DNA of 24,406 nt from a virus (taxonomy: Duplodnaviria; Caudoviricetes): IMG/VR virus record IMGVR_UViG_3300031759_000137, positions 1 through 24,406 of that record; one strand, written 5' to 3'. The position numbers and the translations under genes were made by a program. Positions 6,724 to 15,301 of the stretch are shown here, in pieces. The notes below the pieces were generated by a model. It was not told where the DNA came from, did not search any database, and was given only the letters and a program-made list of their open reading frames with translations. How positions within the stretch are numbered: the stretch's first letter is position 1; each line of letters starts with the position of its first letter.

Positions 6724-9029
6724 TGGCTGATATCAATGACGATCAAATTAATGCGCTGAACGATAGCATTCGCGAACTAATCGAAATTAACAAAGGATTA
6801 GCCGCGGCCCTGGGTGTTGATGTCAAAACTAAAAAGACTGATAATAGCGAGTTTGGCAAAAAAATGGCCGAAGCTAACAAGTCGTTAGATGCCATGAAAA
6901 ATACAGTAAATGCTGTTACTGGCACACTGGGATCTTTGAGAAATGAATCTGGCGCACAAGCATATAACAAGGCCATTGATTCAACAGCGGCTGGAATCAA
7001 TAAACTTGGCAATTATCTAAGTGTACTTTTTCCAGAATTTTCATTATTAATTAAAACTGTACAATTTGCTACCCTGTCGCTGGCAGAGTATGGTAAAGCA
7101 GTAAGCAAGCAGGCAGATGCTCTATATAAAAGCTATCAAGATTTAAGTGCCATTGGTGCTACAACTATCTCTGGTGGTTTAGATGAAGTTTTTACTAACC
7201 TACAACAGTTTGGTTATACAGTAAAACAAATTGGCAATTTAGGCGCACTGGTTAAAGACAGTGCTGACAATCTAGCAGTATTGGGTGGTACGGTAGCAGA
7301 CGGTACAGCGCAGTTTGCTGAAATGAGTCAGGCAGTTCGTGAAAGTGCCTTTGGCGATCATTTGCGTATGATGGGCTTTACTATTGATAGTCTTAACAAA
7401 GGTACAGCAAATTATCTAAGACTACAAGCGGCACAAGGCGAGCTAGGAAATAAAACTCAAGAGCAACTGACCGAAGGTGCTGAACAATATCTAGTTCAGC
7501 AAGATAGACTCACTAAACTTACTGGCGCCAGTGCCGATGAGCAGGCTAAACTTAAAGAGTCTGCTCTGTCAGAAGAACGATTTGGAGCTTCAATTCGTCT
7601 GCGCGAACGACAAGCCAAAGAAGCAGACATACGCGGCGACCACGAATTGGCTTCAAAATTACGAAAACAAAACGAAGACATTCAAAATGTCAGTGTTCAA
7701 GTATTAAAAGCTGGGGGTAAAAATCTAGCACAAGGTATGCGTGACATATCCACTGGATTTGTTACTAGCCCGGCTGCCCGTCAATTTCAAATTGGTTTTC
7801 CTAGAACTGCTGAACTGATAAGAAAAGGTGCCGATCAGATAACCATTGCCAACAGCATGAGAGAAGAAGCTGTAGCCAATGAACAAAAGTTTGATCGACT
7901 AAGAGCAGTAGGAGCCGCAGATGCAGTAGCAGGTATTGGTGCAGAAGTTGCCGCAATGGCCAACTTAAAGGATCAAACAGAAGCCAATGCTAAAATTACG
8001 CATTATCAAAATGATCAAGCTGAAGCTGCCGCAAAAAACATGACATTGATGCAGGTTAAACAACAGCATTATCAACAGGCATTGGATCGTTTGGTTGAGA
8101 TAGGTATAGGCCCAGTAACTGCCGCAATGAATATATTAGCTGGTGCTATAGAAACGATTGGTGATCTAGTAGAAGATATTCTACACCCACTGGATTTCCT
8201 AGCAGGCAAAACTACACACCAACTTGAATCAAAATTAAGAGATGCTACTGCCGCGGGAGATACAGCTAGAGCTAAAGCCATTAGAGAAGAAATGGCCAAA
8301 GGCGGTGGTGCCACATCATTTGACACAGCCAAATCCGGCGGCGGTGGGTACACTACCGGTGCTAGAGGAATGCAAAACGCCAGCGATGTTGATAAGATTT
8401 TATCCACAATTCGTGCCAAAGAATCCGGCGGCAATTATGGTGCACAGGCCAAAGGCAGTTCTGCATCAGGTGCATATCAATATATCGACAGCACATGGCA
8501 GTCTTTAACCAAGAAATTTAGTATTGGTGCTGAATTTAAAAAAGCCAAAGATGCTCCTAAAGAAATACAAGATTTAATTGCTCGCAAAAATGTTGAAGAA
8601 ATTCTAGCCAAAAATAATGGCAGTTTGTCTGCGGTTGCCAACACCTGGTACACAGGCAATGCACAAGGCAAAATGAGTGCTCAAGCACTGGCAGCCAATA
8701 ACGGTTTGACAGCAGAAAAATATGCATCCGGTTGGATGAACATGTTTAATAAAATGGGTGGGCCAGCTGTACAAACAGCATCTACTACACCGCAAGCGCC
8801 AATAGCGGCACCTACAGGCAGTTATAGTTCCAGTGTAAGTAAACCCACGGATCTAACAGTTCCCAAAGACAAAACAGCATCCACCGGAGAAACTGCAATG
8901 GCAGCCAATGATCCTAGCATGTTGCATGAAAATCTGATCGGCGCATTAAAATCTGGATTTGCCGAAATGTTGCGTGTACAGACTGCACAGTTATCAGTAC
9001 AGAAACAACAATTAAAAGCTACTAGCTAA
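6723..9029 (+). CDS. Tape-measure-like tail protein with a C-terminal lytic transglycosylase (SLT/Rpf-like) domain
   Basis: Ala/Gln/Lys-rich helical 768-aa protein (start corrected to ATG 6723). Domain IRAKESGGNY......SASGAYQYIDSTW...A..AP..IQD carries the catalytic E-S motif. Adjacent to the gp26-like chaperone. Confidence 0.72.
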   Translation: MADINDDQINALNDSIRELIEINKGLAAALGVDVKTKKTDNSEFGKKMAEANKSLDAMKNTVNAVTGTLGSLRNESGAQAYNKAIDSTAAGINKLGNYLSVLFPEFSLLIKTVQFATLSLAEYGKAVSKQADALYKSYQDLSAIGATTISGGLDEVFTNLQQFGYTVKQIGNLGALVKDSADNLAVLGGTVADGTAQFAEMSQAVRESAFGDHLRMMGFTIDSLNKGTANYLRLQAAQGELGNKTQEQLTEGAEQYLVQQDRLTKLTGASADEQAKLKESALSEERFGASIRLRERQAKEADIRGDHELASKLRKQNEDIQNVSVQVLKAGGKNLAQGMRDISTGFVTSPAARQFQIGFPRTAELIRKGADQITIANSMREEAVANEQKFDRLRAVGAADAVAGIGAEVAAMANLKDQTEANAKITHYQNDQAEAAAKNMTLMQVKQQHYQQALDRLVEIGIGPVTAAMNILAGAIETIGDLVEDILHPLDFLAGKTTHQLESKLRDATAAGDTARAKAIREEMAKGGGATSFDTAKSGGGGYTTGARGMQNASDVDKILSTIRAKESGGNYGAQAKGSSASGAYQYIDSTWQSLTKKFSIGAEFKKAKDAPKEIQDLIARKNVEEILAKNNGSLSAVANTWYTGNAQGKMSAQALAANNGLTAEKYASGWMNMFNKMGGPAVQTASTTPQAPIAAPTGSYSSSVSKPTDLTVPKDKTASTGETAMAANDPSMLHENLIGALKSGFAEMLRVQTAQLSVQKQQLKATS

Positions 9030-9036
9030 ACTGCGG

Positions 9037-9042
9037 TAAATA
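9037..9042 (+). promoter_or_regulatory. T4-type late promoter core TAAATA
   Basis: 7 nt upstream of the portal ATG. The T4 gp55 late promoter consensus is TATAAATA. Confidence 0.6.
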
Positions 9043-9049
9043 ACTTACT

Positions 9050-10891
9050 ATGGCAGATAATAACCGCAGAGGCCCTAATGGTGGGTGGCGCAAGTATTTT
9101 AAGGTTGCAACACCTGGTGGACAACTAAGTCCAATTTCCGGATCAAATCAATTTGGATTACCGGGCTATAACCGTAATACTGGTGGTGGCGAAGGTATTA
9201 ATACTCCTAATGATTTTGCATTTCGCAACTATGCCAGTAGACTACCAGAAGTATACACAGGACATCCTAATCGTGTTGAACGCTATAATCAATACGAAAA
9301 TATGGATATGGATTCTGAGATTAATGCCTGTTTAGACATTATTGCTGAATTCTCAACACAGATCAACGAAGATAACGAAACTCCGTTTGATATACACTTC
9401 AAAGATAAACCAACTGATCACGAAGTAGAAATTATTAAGAAACAGCTACAACAGTGGACAAAACTTAATAAACTAGATCAGCGCATATTCAAATTATTCC
9501 GTAACACTATCAAGTACGGCGATCAAGTATTTGTTCGTGACCCAGAAACATTTGAAATGATGTGGGTTGATATGACCAAAGTAGCTCGCGTTATTGTTAA
9601 CGAAAGCCAAGGCAAGCGTCCAGAACAGTATGTGATTCGCGATATTAATCCTAATTTCCAAAACATGACTGTGGCATCAAAAACCACACAGGACTATTAT
9701 GTTAGTCGTCCAACTGGCACTATTGGTCAAGGCGCAGGTAATTCAGCCTTTGGCGGCGGAGCTGGTGGCGGAGCTGGAGTAAGCGGCGGCGGAGTAGGTA
9801 ACAATCGTTTTGTGCAGGCCATGAACGAATCCTGTTTAGATGCTCGTCATATTGTGCATTTGAGCCTAAACGAAGGTCTTGATTTTTTCTGGCCATTTGG
9901 ACAAAGTATTCTAGAAAACATCTACAAAGTTTACAAACAAAAAGAATTATTAGAAGATGCGGTATTGATCTATCGTATTCAACGAGCTCCAGAACGCCGC
10001 TTGTTCAAGATTGATGTGGGCAACATGCCTAGTCATATGGCCATGGCCTTTGTTGAGCGTGTTAAAAATGAAATGCATCAACGCCGTATTCCTACTGTAA
10101 CAGGTGGCGGACAAAACATGATGGATGCTAGTTATAATCCATTAAGTATCAACGAAGACTACTTTTTCCCACAGACAGCAGACGGTCGTGGATCCAGTAT
10201 TGATGTATTGCCAGGCGGTCAGAACCTAGGCGAAATTGATGACTTAAAATATTTTAATAACAAGATGGCTCGTGGCTTGCGTGTGCCTAGTAGCTACTTG
10301 CCAACAGGCCCAGACGACTCAAATTTAGCTATGAATGACGGTCGTGTAGGCACAGCATTGATACAAGAATACCGTTTTAACCAGTACTGCATACGCTTAC
10401 AAAAGCTGATTATGCAGAAATTAGATGACGAATTCAAGATGTTTTTACGCTGGAGAGGCTTCAATCTTGACAGCAGTCTGTTTAATATTGCACTTTGCGA
10501 GCCACAAAACTTTGCAAGTTATCGCCAAAGTGAGTTAGATAACAGCAAAATTCAAGCATTTGCACAGCTAGAACCCTTGCCATATATGAGTAAACGATTC
10601 TTAATGAAGCGTTATTTGGGCTTGACCGAAGAAGAATTACTTGAAAATGAGCAGATGTGGAAAGAAGAGCGCGACGAGCCTGAGCTTCAAACCACACAAG
10701 GACAAGACTTGCGTAGCGTGGGCGTAACCCCAGCTGGCATTGAATCTGACCTACAAAACGCTGAATTATCACAGGCACCTCCAGGTGGTGAAGCTCCTGA
10801 AGGCGCTATGCCAGCAGTACCTAACACAGCAGGCCCTGGTGGCCAAGGTGCCGTAGCGGCTCCAGCTGGCGCTTCTGGCGCAGGCTTATAA
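9050..10891 (+). CDS. gp20: Portal vertex protein
   Basis: Motifs LEDAVLIYRIQRAPERRLFKIDVGNMP, EDYFFP, LPGGQNLGEIDDLKYF and LRVPSS typical of T4 gp20. Confidence 0.96.
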   Translation: MADNNRRGPNGGWRKYFKVATPGGQLSPISGSNQFGLPGYNRNTGGGEGINTPNDFAFRNYASRLPEVYTGHPNRVERYNQYENMDMDSEINACLDIIAEFSTQINEDNETPFDIHFKDKPTDHEVEIIKKQLQQWTKLNKLDQRIFKLFRNTIKYGDQVFVRDPETFEMMWVDMTKVARVIVNESQGKRPEQYVIRDINPNFQNMTVASKTTQDYYVSRPTGTIGQGAGNSAFGGGAGGGAGVSGGGVGNNRFVQAMNESCLDARHIVHLSLNEGLDFFWPFGQSILENIYKVYKQKELLEDAVLIYRIQRAPERRLFKIDVGNMPSHMAMAFVERVKNEMHQRRIPTVTGGGQNMMDASYNPLSINEDYFFPQTADGRGSSIDVLPGGQNLGEIDDLKYFNNKMARGLRVPSSYLPTGPDDSNLAMNDGRVGTALIQEYRFNQYCIRLQKLIMQKLDDEFKMFLRWRGFNLDSSLFNIALCEPQNFASYRQSELDNSKIQAFAQLEPLPYMSKRFLMKRYLGLTEEELLENEQMWKEERDEPELQTTQGQDLRSVGVTPAGIESDLQNAELSQAPPGGEAPEGAMPAVPNTAGPGGQGAVAAPAGASGAGL

Positions 10892-10894
10892 ATA
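10887..10894 (+). promoter_or_regulatory. Perfect T4 late promoter TATAAATA
   Basis: Exact consensus overlapping the portal stop, 5 nt upstream of ATG 10900. Confidence 0.7.
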
Positions 10895-10899
10895 CTAGC

Positions 10900-11124
10900 A
10901 TGATCTTAAATGAATTATATGACCGCAGTCCTGAAGCTTATCAGGACCTAAGTCAAGACAATACTCAACCGCGGTTAAGCGATACTCGCAAAACCCGTTT
11001 GACTCTGCGCCAGCTTAATAAACTGCGCCAAATGAACGATATCAGGTCCGTGGAATACAGAGAAAAACTAAAAGATATAAAACGCCAATACGCACCTGCA
11101 CCTGAGCCTCCTACAGGCCTGTAA
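10900..11124 (+). CDS. Small head-module protein (74 aa, position of T4 gp67/gp68)
   Basis: ORF between portal and protease with its own late promoter. Basic helical core TRKTRLTLRQLNKLR. N-terminal LNE resembles a gp21 cleavage site. Confidence 0.7.
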   Translation: MILNELYDRSPEAYQDLSQDNTQPRLSDTRKTRLTLRQLNKLRQMNDIRSVEYREKLKDIKRQYAPAPEPPTGL

Positions 11125-11173
11125 AAAAACTGTCATTTCTGACAGAAAATCACCGTTAAAGTACCTAGATTAT

Positions 11174-11195
11174 GTAATATATGTAAATATATTAC
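11174..11195 (+). promoter_or_regulatory. Late promoter TAAATA (11184-11189) embedded in a 9-bp inverted repeat
   Basis: GTAATATAT-GTAA-ATATATTAC, followed by an AAGGAG SD for the 11220 gene. Confidence 0.55.
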
Positions 11196-11219
11196 CGAGC
11201 CATACCTTAAGGAGAAAAT

Positions 11220-12164
11220 ATGACTAATAAATTTGAACAATTAATCGAATATGTGATTAATGATGAAGAACAAAAAGCCCGTGAGCTTTTCCATGATATC
11301 GTTGTTGAGAAATCACGCGAAATCTACGAGAGTCTTATGGAAGAAGAAGACGAAGAGTCTAGTGCTGAGCGCGACGACAAAGCTGAAAAAGCTGGTAAAA
11401 AAGTTGCTAAAGACATCGAGTACGACGAGAAGAAAAACAAGTTGGACGAAGATGAAGAAGAAGATGACGAAGAAGATCTTGAAGAAGATATGACTTCTGA
11501 TGCCGCTCCTGATCTTATTGACGACGTCGAAATGGACGAAGAAGGTATGACCATGGAAAATGATGCTGAGTTTGACGACGAAGCTGAAGAAGAAGGCGAA
11601 GAAATGACTCATGATATGGAAAACGATCATGATGAAGAAGGCGACATTGAAGATCGCGTAGTTGACTTGGAAGACAAGTTAGACGAATTAATGGCTGAAT
11701 TTGAAGCTATTATGGGCGGCGAGCACGGCGAAGAAGATGAATTTGATGCTGAGCGCAATGATGTAGGCAACCACGATATGCAAGGCGACGAGCTAGAAAT
11801 GGACGACACAGCTGAATTTGCTGACATGCCATTGGGCGAAAACATCAGTTTGCCATCAGCACCAAAGCCAGTTACTACTGAGCCAGCTGGAACAAACACA
11901 AAGTCTACAACAGCATTTAATTCAGGTGCAGCCGGTATGGCAAGTAAGCCAGTAGGCGGTAGCCCAGATGAGAAGAACCCAGACGGCACAGCCGCTTACA
12001 AGAAGCCATCAAACGCTTACAGTAAGGGCGAAGGCAATTTGCCAGGCGCAGGTACTTTTAAAAACACTCCAGCTAAAGACGGTAGTAAATTGGCACCAGC
12101 ACCAAAGCCAGTAACTGCACAAGCAGCCGGTGTTAATACAAAGACACCTTTTCCAAGAGGTTAA
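11220..12164 (+). CDS. Highly acidic prohead core / scaffold-like protein
   Basis: N-terminus FEQLIEYVINDEEQKARELFH resembles gp67-type core proteins. Long Asp/Glu tract, Pro/Ala/Gly-rich tail, strong SD, located just before gp21. Confidence 0.7.
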   Translation: MTNKFEQLIEYVINDEEQKARELFHDIVVEKSREIYESLMEEEDEESSAERDDKAEKAGKKVAKDIEYDEKKNKLDEDEEEDDEEDLEEDMTSDAAPDLIDDVEMDEEGMTMENDAEFDDEAEEEGEEMTHDMENDHDEEGDIEDRVVDLEDKLDELMAEFEAIMGGEHGEEDEFDAERNDVGNHDMQGDELEMDDTAEFADMPLGENISLPSAPKPVTTEPAGTNTKSTTAFNSGAAGMASKPVGGSPDEKNPDGTAAYKKPSNAYSKGEGNLPGAGTFKNTPAKDGSKLAPAPKPVTAQAAGVNTKTPFPRG

Positions 12165-12173
12165 TAGGTAGAT

Positions 12174-12827
12174 ATGGCTCGCTATACATATCTTAAAGAA
12201 CATCTAAGCTTCACTCAGGCCAGGGCAGAAATCCTGACTGAGGAAGCCGCGGATGGTTCTGGCAAGAACTTGTACCTCAAAGGCATTTGTATTGAGGGCG
12301 GAGTTCGCAATGCCAACGAGCGAGTATATCCTGTAAACGAAATTGCCAAGGCAGTAGACACTATCAACGAACAGATTAAAACTGGTCATTCAGTTTTAGG
12401 TGAAGTAGATCACCCAGATGATTTAAAGATCAACTTGGATCGTGTAAGTCACATGATTGAAAAAATGTGGATGGATGGCCCTGCAGGCTATGGAAAACTA
12501 AAGATATTACCAACACCGATGGGAACATTAGTAAAAACAATGTTAGAATCCGGTGTTAAACTAGGTGTTAGCAGTCGTGGATCTGGAAATGTCAACGACG
12601 CAAACGGACATGTCAGTGACTTTGAAATAGTCACTGTTGATGTGGTTGCTCAACCAAGTGCTCCTAATGCATATCCAACAGCAATTTATGAAGGCCTACT
12701 GAATCATCGTGGCGGTCAGCAGTTGCTAGATATGTTTAAGGACCCTGCTAAAGGCAACAAAGCACAGAGATTTGTAAAGAGCGAAGTTCTTCGTTTGATA
12801 CAAGGTCTCAAGATTGAAGGGAAATAA
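12174..12827 (+). CDS. gp21: Prohead core protease
   Basis: N.N.RVYP, LGEVDHP (catalytic His), LPTPMG, GVSSRGSG (catalytic Ser) and DVVAQPSAPNA. Confidence 0.95.
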   Translation: MARYTYLKEHLSFTQARAEILTEEAADGSGKNLYLKGICIEGGVRNANERVYPVNEIAKAVDTINEQIKTGHSVLGEVDHPDDLKINLDRVSHMIEKMWMDGPAGYGKLKILPTPMGTLVKTMLESGVKLGVSSRGSGNVNDANGHVSDFEIVTVDVVAQPSAPNAYPTAIYEGLLNHRGGQQLLDMFKDPAKGNKAQRFVKSEVLRLIQGLKIEGK

Positions 12828-12828
12828 T

Positions 12829-13923
12829 ATGCTAGATGCTATTAAACCGTTATTAGATAGCGAGCTAATTTCTGAGGATGCGAAAGCAGAAATCAATGAA
12901 GCTTGGGAATCCAAGTTAGTTGAAGCCAAAGAACAAGCCCGTGCAGAACTCCGCGAAGAGTTTGCACAACGCTATGAGCATGATAAACAAGTAATGGTAG
13001 AAGCCCTGGATCGCATGATAACAGATGGTCTTACTGATGAACTACAACAAGTACAAGCTGAAAAAGCTCAACTTGCTGAAGATCGCGTTCGTTTCCAAGC
13101 TAAGATGAAAGAAAATTCCACAAAGTTTAACGACTTTATGGTAACCAAATTAGCAGAAGAAATTGGCGAATTGCGTAAAGATCGTAAAATGCACAACGAA
13201 GGTCTCCAGAAATTGGAAGGCTTTATCGTACATGCATTAGCTAAAGAGATTCAAGAATTTGCACAAGACAAACAAGATGTAGTTAATACAAAAGTTCGTT
13301 TAGTGCGTGAAGCTCGTAGCAAACTTGAAACATTGAAGACACGATTTGTAAAAGAATCTGCCGCCAAGATGAGTCAAGCTGTTGGCAAGCATCTCAAGGC
13401 CGAACTCAGTCAGTTGCAAGAAGACATCAAAGTTGCTCGCGAGAACAATTTTGGTCGTCGTATTTTTGAAGCGTATGCCGCAGAATTTGGCGCTACTCAC
13501 TTAAATGAGAAGCAAGAAGTTCGCAAATTACACGATGCATTAGCTCAGAAAGATGCAAAACTGGCCGAAGCCATCCAACTCACACAAAAGGCGAAAGTAC
13601 TTGTGGAGTCCAAAGAACGCGAAATCCGTATGATCAAGGAATCCAATGAACGCGAAAGCGCCATGGAAGAATTGCTCGCTCCTCTAAACAATGAGAAGCG
13701 TGAAATCATGCGTAATTTGCTCGAAAGCGTACAGACTAAGCGTTTGTCTGCCGCATTCGAAAAGTATCTACCAGCTGTTTTGGAAGATCGTTCCGTGAAA
13801 GCCACAAAAGTGATCACAGAATCATTGTCCGAAGTAACTGGCGATAAATCTGCCCGTGTCCAAGATGCTGATGAGCAAAGCGAAAGCAATGTCATTAATC
13901 TGAAGCGGTTGGCAGGGCTGTAA
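12829..13923 (+). CDS. gp22: Prohead core scaffolding protein
   Basis: Long coiled-coil Glu/Lys/Ala-rich protein between gp21 and gp23. Start corrected to ATG 12829. Confidence 0.85.
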   Translation: MLDAIKPLLDSELISEDAKAEINEAWESKLVEAKEQARAELREEFAQRYEHDKQVMVEALDRMITDGLTDELQQVQAEKAQLAEDRVRFQAKMKENSTKFNDFMVTKLAEEIGELRKDRKMHNEGLQKLEGFIVHALAKEIQEFAQDKQDVVNTKVRLVREARSKLETLKTRFVKESAAKMSQAVGKHLKAELSQLQEDIKVARENNFGRRIFEAYAAEFGATHLNEKQEVRKLHDALAQKDAKLAEAIQLTQKAKVLVESKEREIRMIKESNERESAMEELLAPLNNEKREIMRNLLESVQTKRLSAAFEKYLPAVLEDRSVKATKVITESLSEVTGDKSARVQDADEQSESNVINLKRLAGL

Positions 13924-13950
13924 TTTAAAGATATCAAAAAGGAGACTTAA

Positions 13951-15147
13951 ATGTCACAAGAATTAATCGAAAGTCGTTGGGACGAAACTAAGGAAGCGTT
14001 GCTTGAAGGCCTACAAGGTTCTAAGCGTTCTTCCATGAGTGTAATCCTTGAGAACACAAAGAAGTACTTGAAAGAGAACGCAAGTTCTGGTTCAACTGCA
14101 TCTGGTAACATTGCTACATTAAACCGTGTAATTCTGCCAGTAATCCGTCGTGTTATGCCAACTGTTATTGCTAACGAGTTGGTTGGTGTTCAGCCTATGA
14201 CAGGCCCAGTTGGTCAAATCCACACATTGCGTGTTCGCTATGCTCAGTCTTTAACAGACAACAGCTTGGCACAAACAAGTGTAACAGCTGGCCAAGAAGC
14301 TTTGTCACCATTTACCATTGCAACTGCATACTCCACACAGCCACAAAGTTCTAGTACAGCTACTGGCTATACTGGTAACAACACAGCTACAATGGAAGGT
14401 ACAGGCGGTAAGCAAATTTCCGTACAGATCTTGAAGCAAGCTGTTGAAGCTAAGACACGCAAACTCCAAGCTCGTTGGACATTTGAATCTGCACAAGATG
14501 CTCAAGCTATGCATGGCATCGATGTTGAAGCTGAAATCATGGCTGCTCTTGCACAAGAGATCACAGCTGAGATTGACCAAGAGATCCTCTTGAGTCTACA
14601 AACATTGGCTACAACAGAGTACACATACAACCAAGCTACTGTATCTGGTACAGCAACATTCGTTGGTGATGAGCATGCCGCTTTGGCAGTGTTGATCAAC
14701 CGCGTTGCTAACTTGATCGCTCAGCGTACACGCCGTGGCGCAGGTAACTGGGCTGTTGTATCTCCAGCTAGTTTGACAGTATTGCAATCTGCAACCACTT
14801 CTGCTTTTGCTCGCACAACAGAAGGCACATTTGAAGCTCCTACAAACACCAAGTTTGTTGGTACATTGAATGGTGCTATGCGTGTGTTTGTAAACAGCTA
14901 CGCACAAGATACACAAGCTGTGTTAGTTGGTTACAAAGGCTCTAGTGAAGCTGACGCTGCCGCGTTCTACTGCCCATACATTCCGTTGATGAGTAGTGGT
15001 GTTGTATTGGATCCAAGTACATTCGAACCAGTAGTTAGCTTTATGACTCGCTACGGATTTGTCGAGCTCACTAATACTGCGAGCAGTTTTGGAAACGCAG
15101 CAGATTATGTTGGGGAAATCGCAGTGCAAAATTTATCGTTCAGCTAA
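13951..15147 (+). CDS. gp23: Major capsid protein
   Basis: RRVMP..IA..LVGVQPMTGP.GQI..LR, VEAKTRKLQARWT.E.AQD..AMHGID.EAE, FYCPYIPL and FMTRYG motifs. Strong AGGAG SD and strong codon bias. Confidence 0.97.
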   Translation: MSQELIESRWDETKEALLEGLQGSKRSSMSVILENTKKYLKENASSGSTASGNIATLNRVILPVIRRVMPTVIANELVGVQPMTGPVGQIHTLRVRYAQSLTDNSLAQTSVTAGQEALSPFTIATAYSTQPQSSSTATGYTGNNTATMEGTGGKQISVQILKQAVEAKTRKLQARWTFESAQDAQAMHGIDVEAEIMAALAQEITAEIDQEILLSLQTLATTEYTYNQATVSGTATFVGDEHAALAVLINRVANLIAQRTRRGAGNWAVVSPASLTVLQSATTSAFARTTEGTFEAPTNTKFVGTLNGAMRVFVNSYAQDTQAVLVGYKGSSEADAAAFYCPYIPLMSSGVVLDPSTFEPVVSFMTRYGFVELTNTASSFGNAADYVGEIAVQNLSFS

Positions 15148-15198
15148 TCAAACAGCAACAACGAAAAGTTTATTCAACCCAGGGATGGGAAGAAGCAG

Positions 15199-15222
15199 AA
15201 AAGCGCCGCAAGGCGCTTTTTT
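15199..15222 (+). terminator. Intrinsic terminator after gp23 (potentially bidirectional)
   Basis: AAAAGCGCC-GCAA-GGCGCTTTTTT: GC stem, GNRA loop and U tract. Confidence 0.88.
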
Positions 15223-15290
15223 GTTGGCCAAATTATTTGACAAACATTATGTTTTGAGTGTATTATTCTTAGTAATGCTACGGACTATGA

Positions 15291-15296
15291 TAAATA
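15291..15296 (+). promoter_or_regulatory. Late promoter core TAAATA
   Basis: 5 nt upstream of ATG 15302. Confidence 0.6.
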
Positions 15297-15301
15297 AAAG
15301 C

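Noticed and set aside
11260-11989. Overlapping alternative-frame and antisense ORFs (poly-Ser, Phe-rich, Lys-rich)
   Set aside because: These are shadows of the GAA/GAC-rich acidic gene. The same applies to the other short nested ORFs in the track.
15148-15198. Small hairpin TTC-AA-CCC...GGG-AA-GAA between the gp23 stop and the terminator
   Set aside because: Only two 3-bp helices; too weak to call without homologs.
15059-15301. 81-aa N-terminal extension of the homing endonuclease in the ORF track
   Set aside because: It overlaps gp23 and crosses its terminator; the GIY-YIG domain and a late promoter point to ATG 15302.
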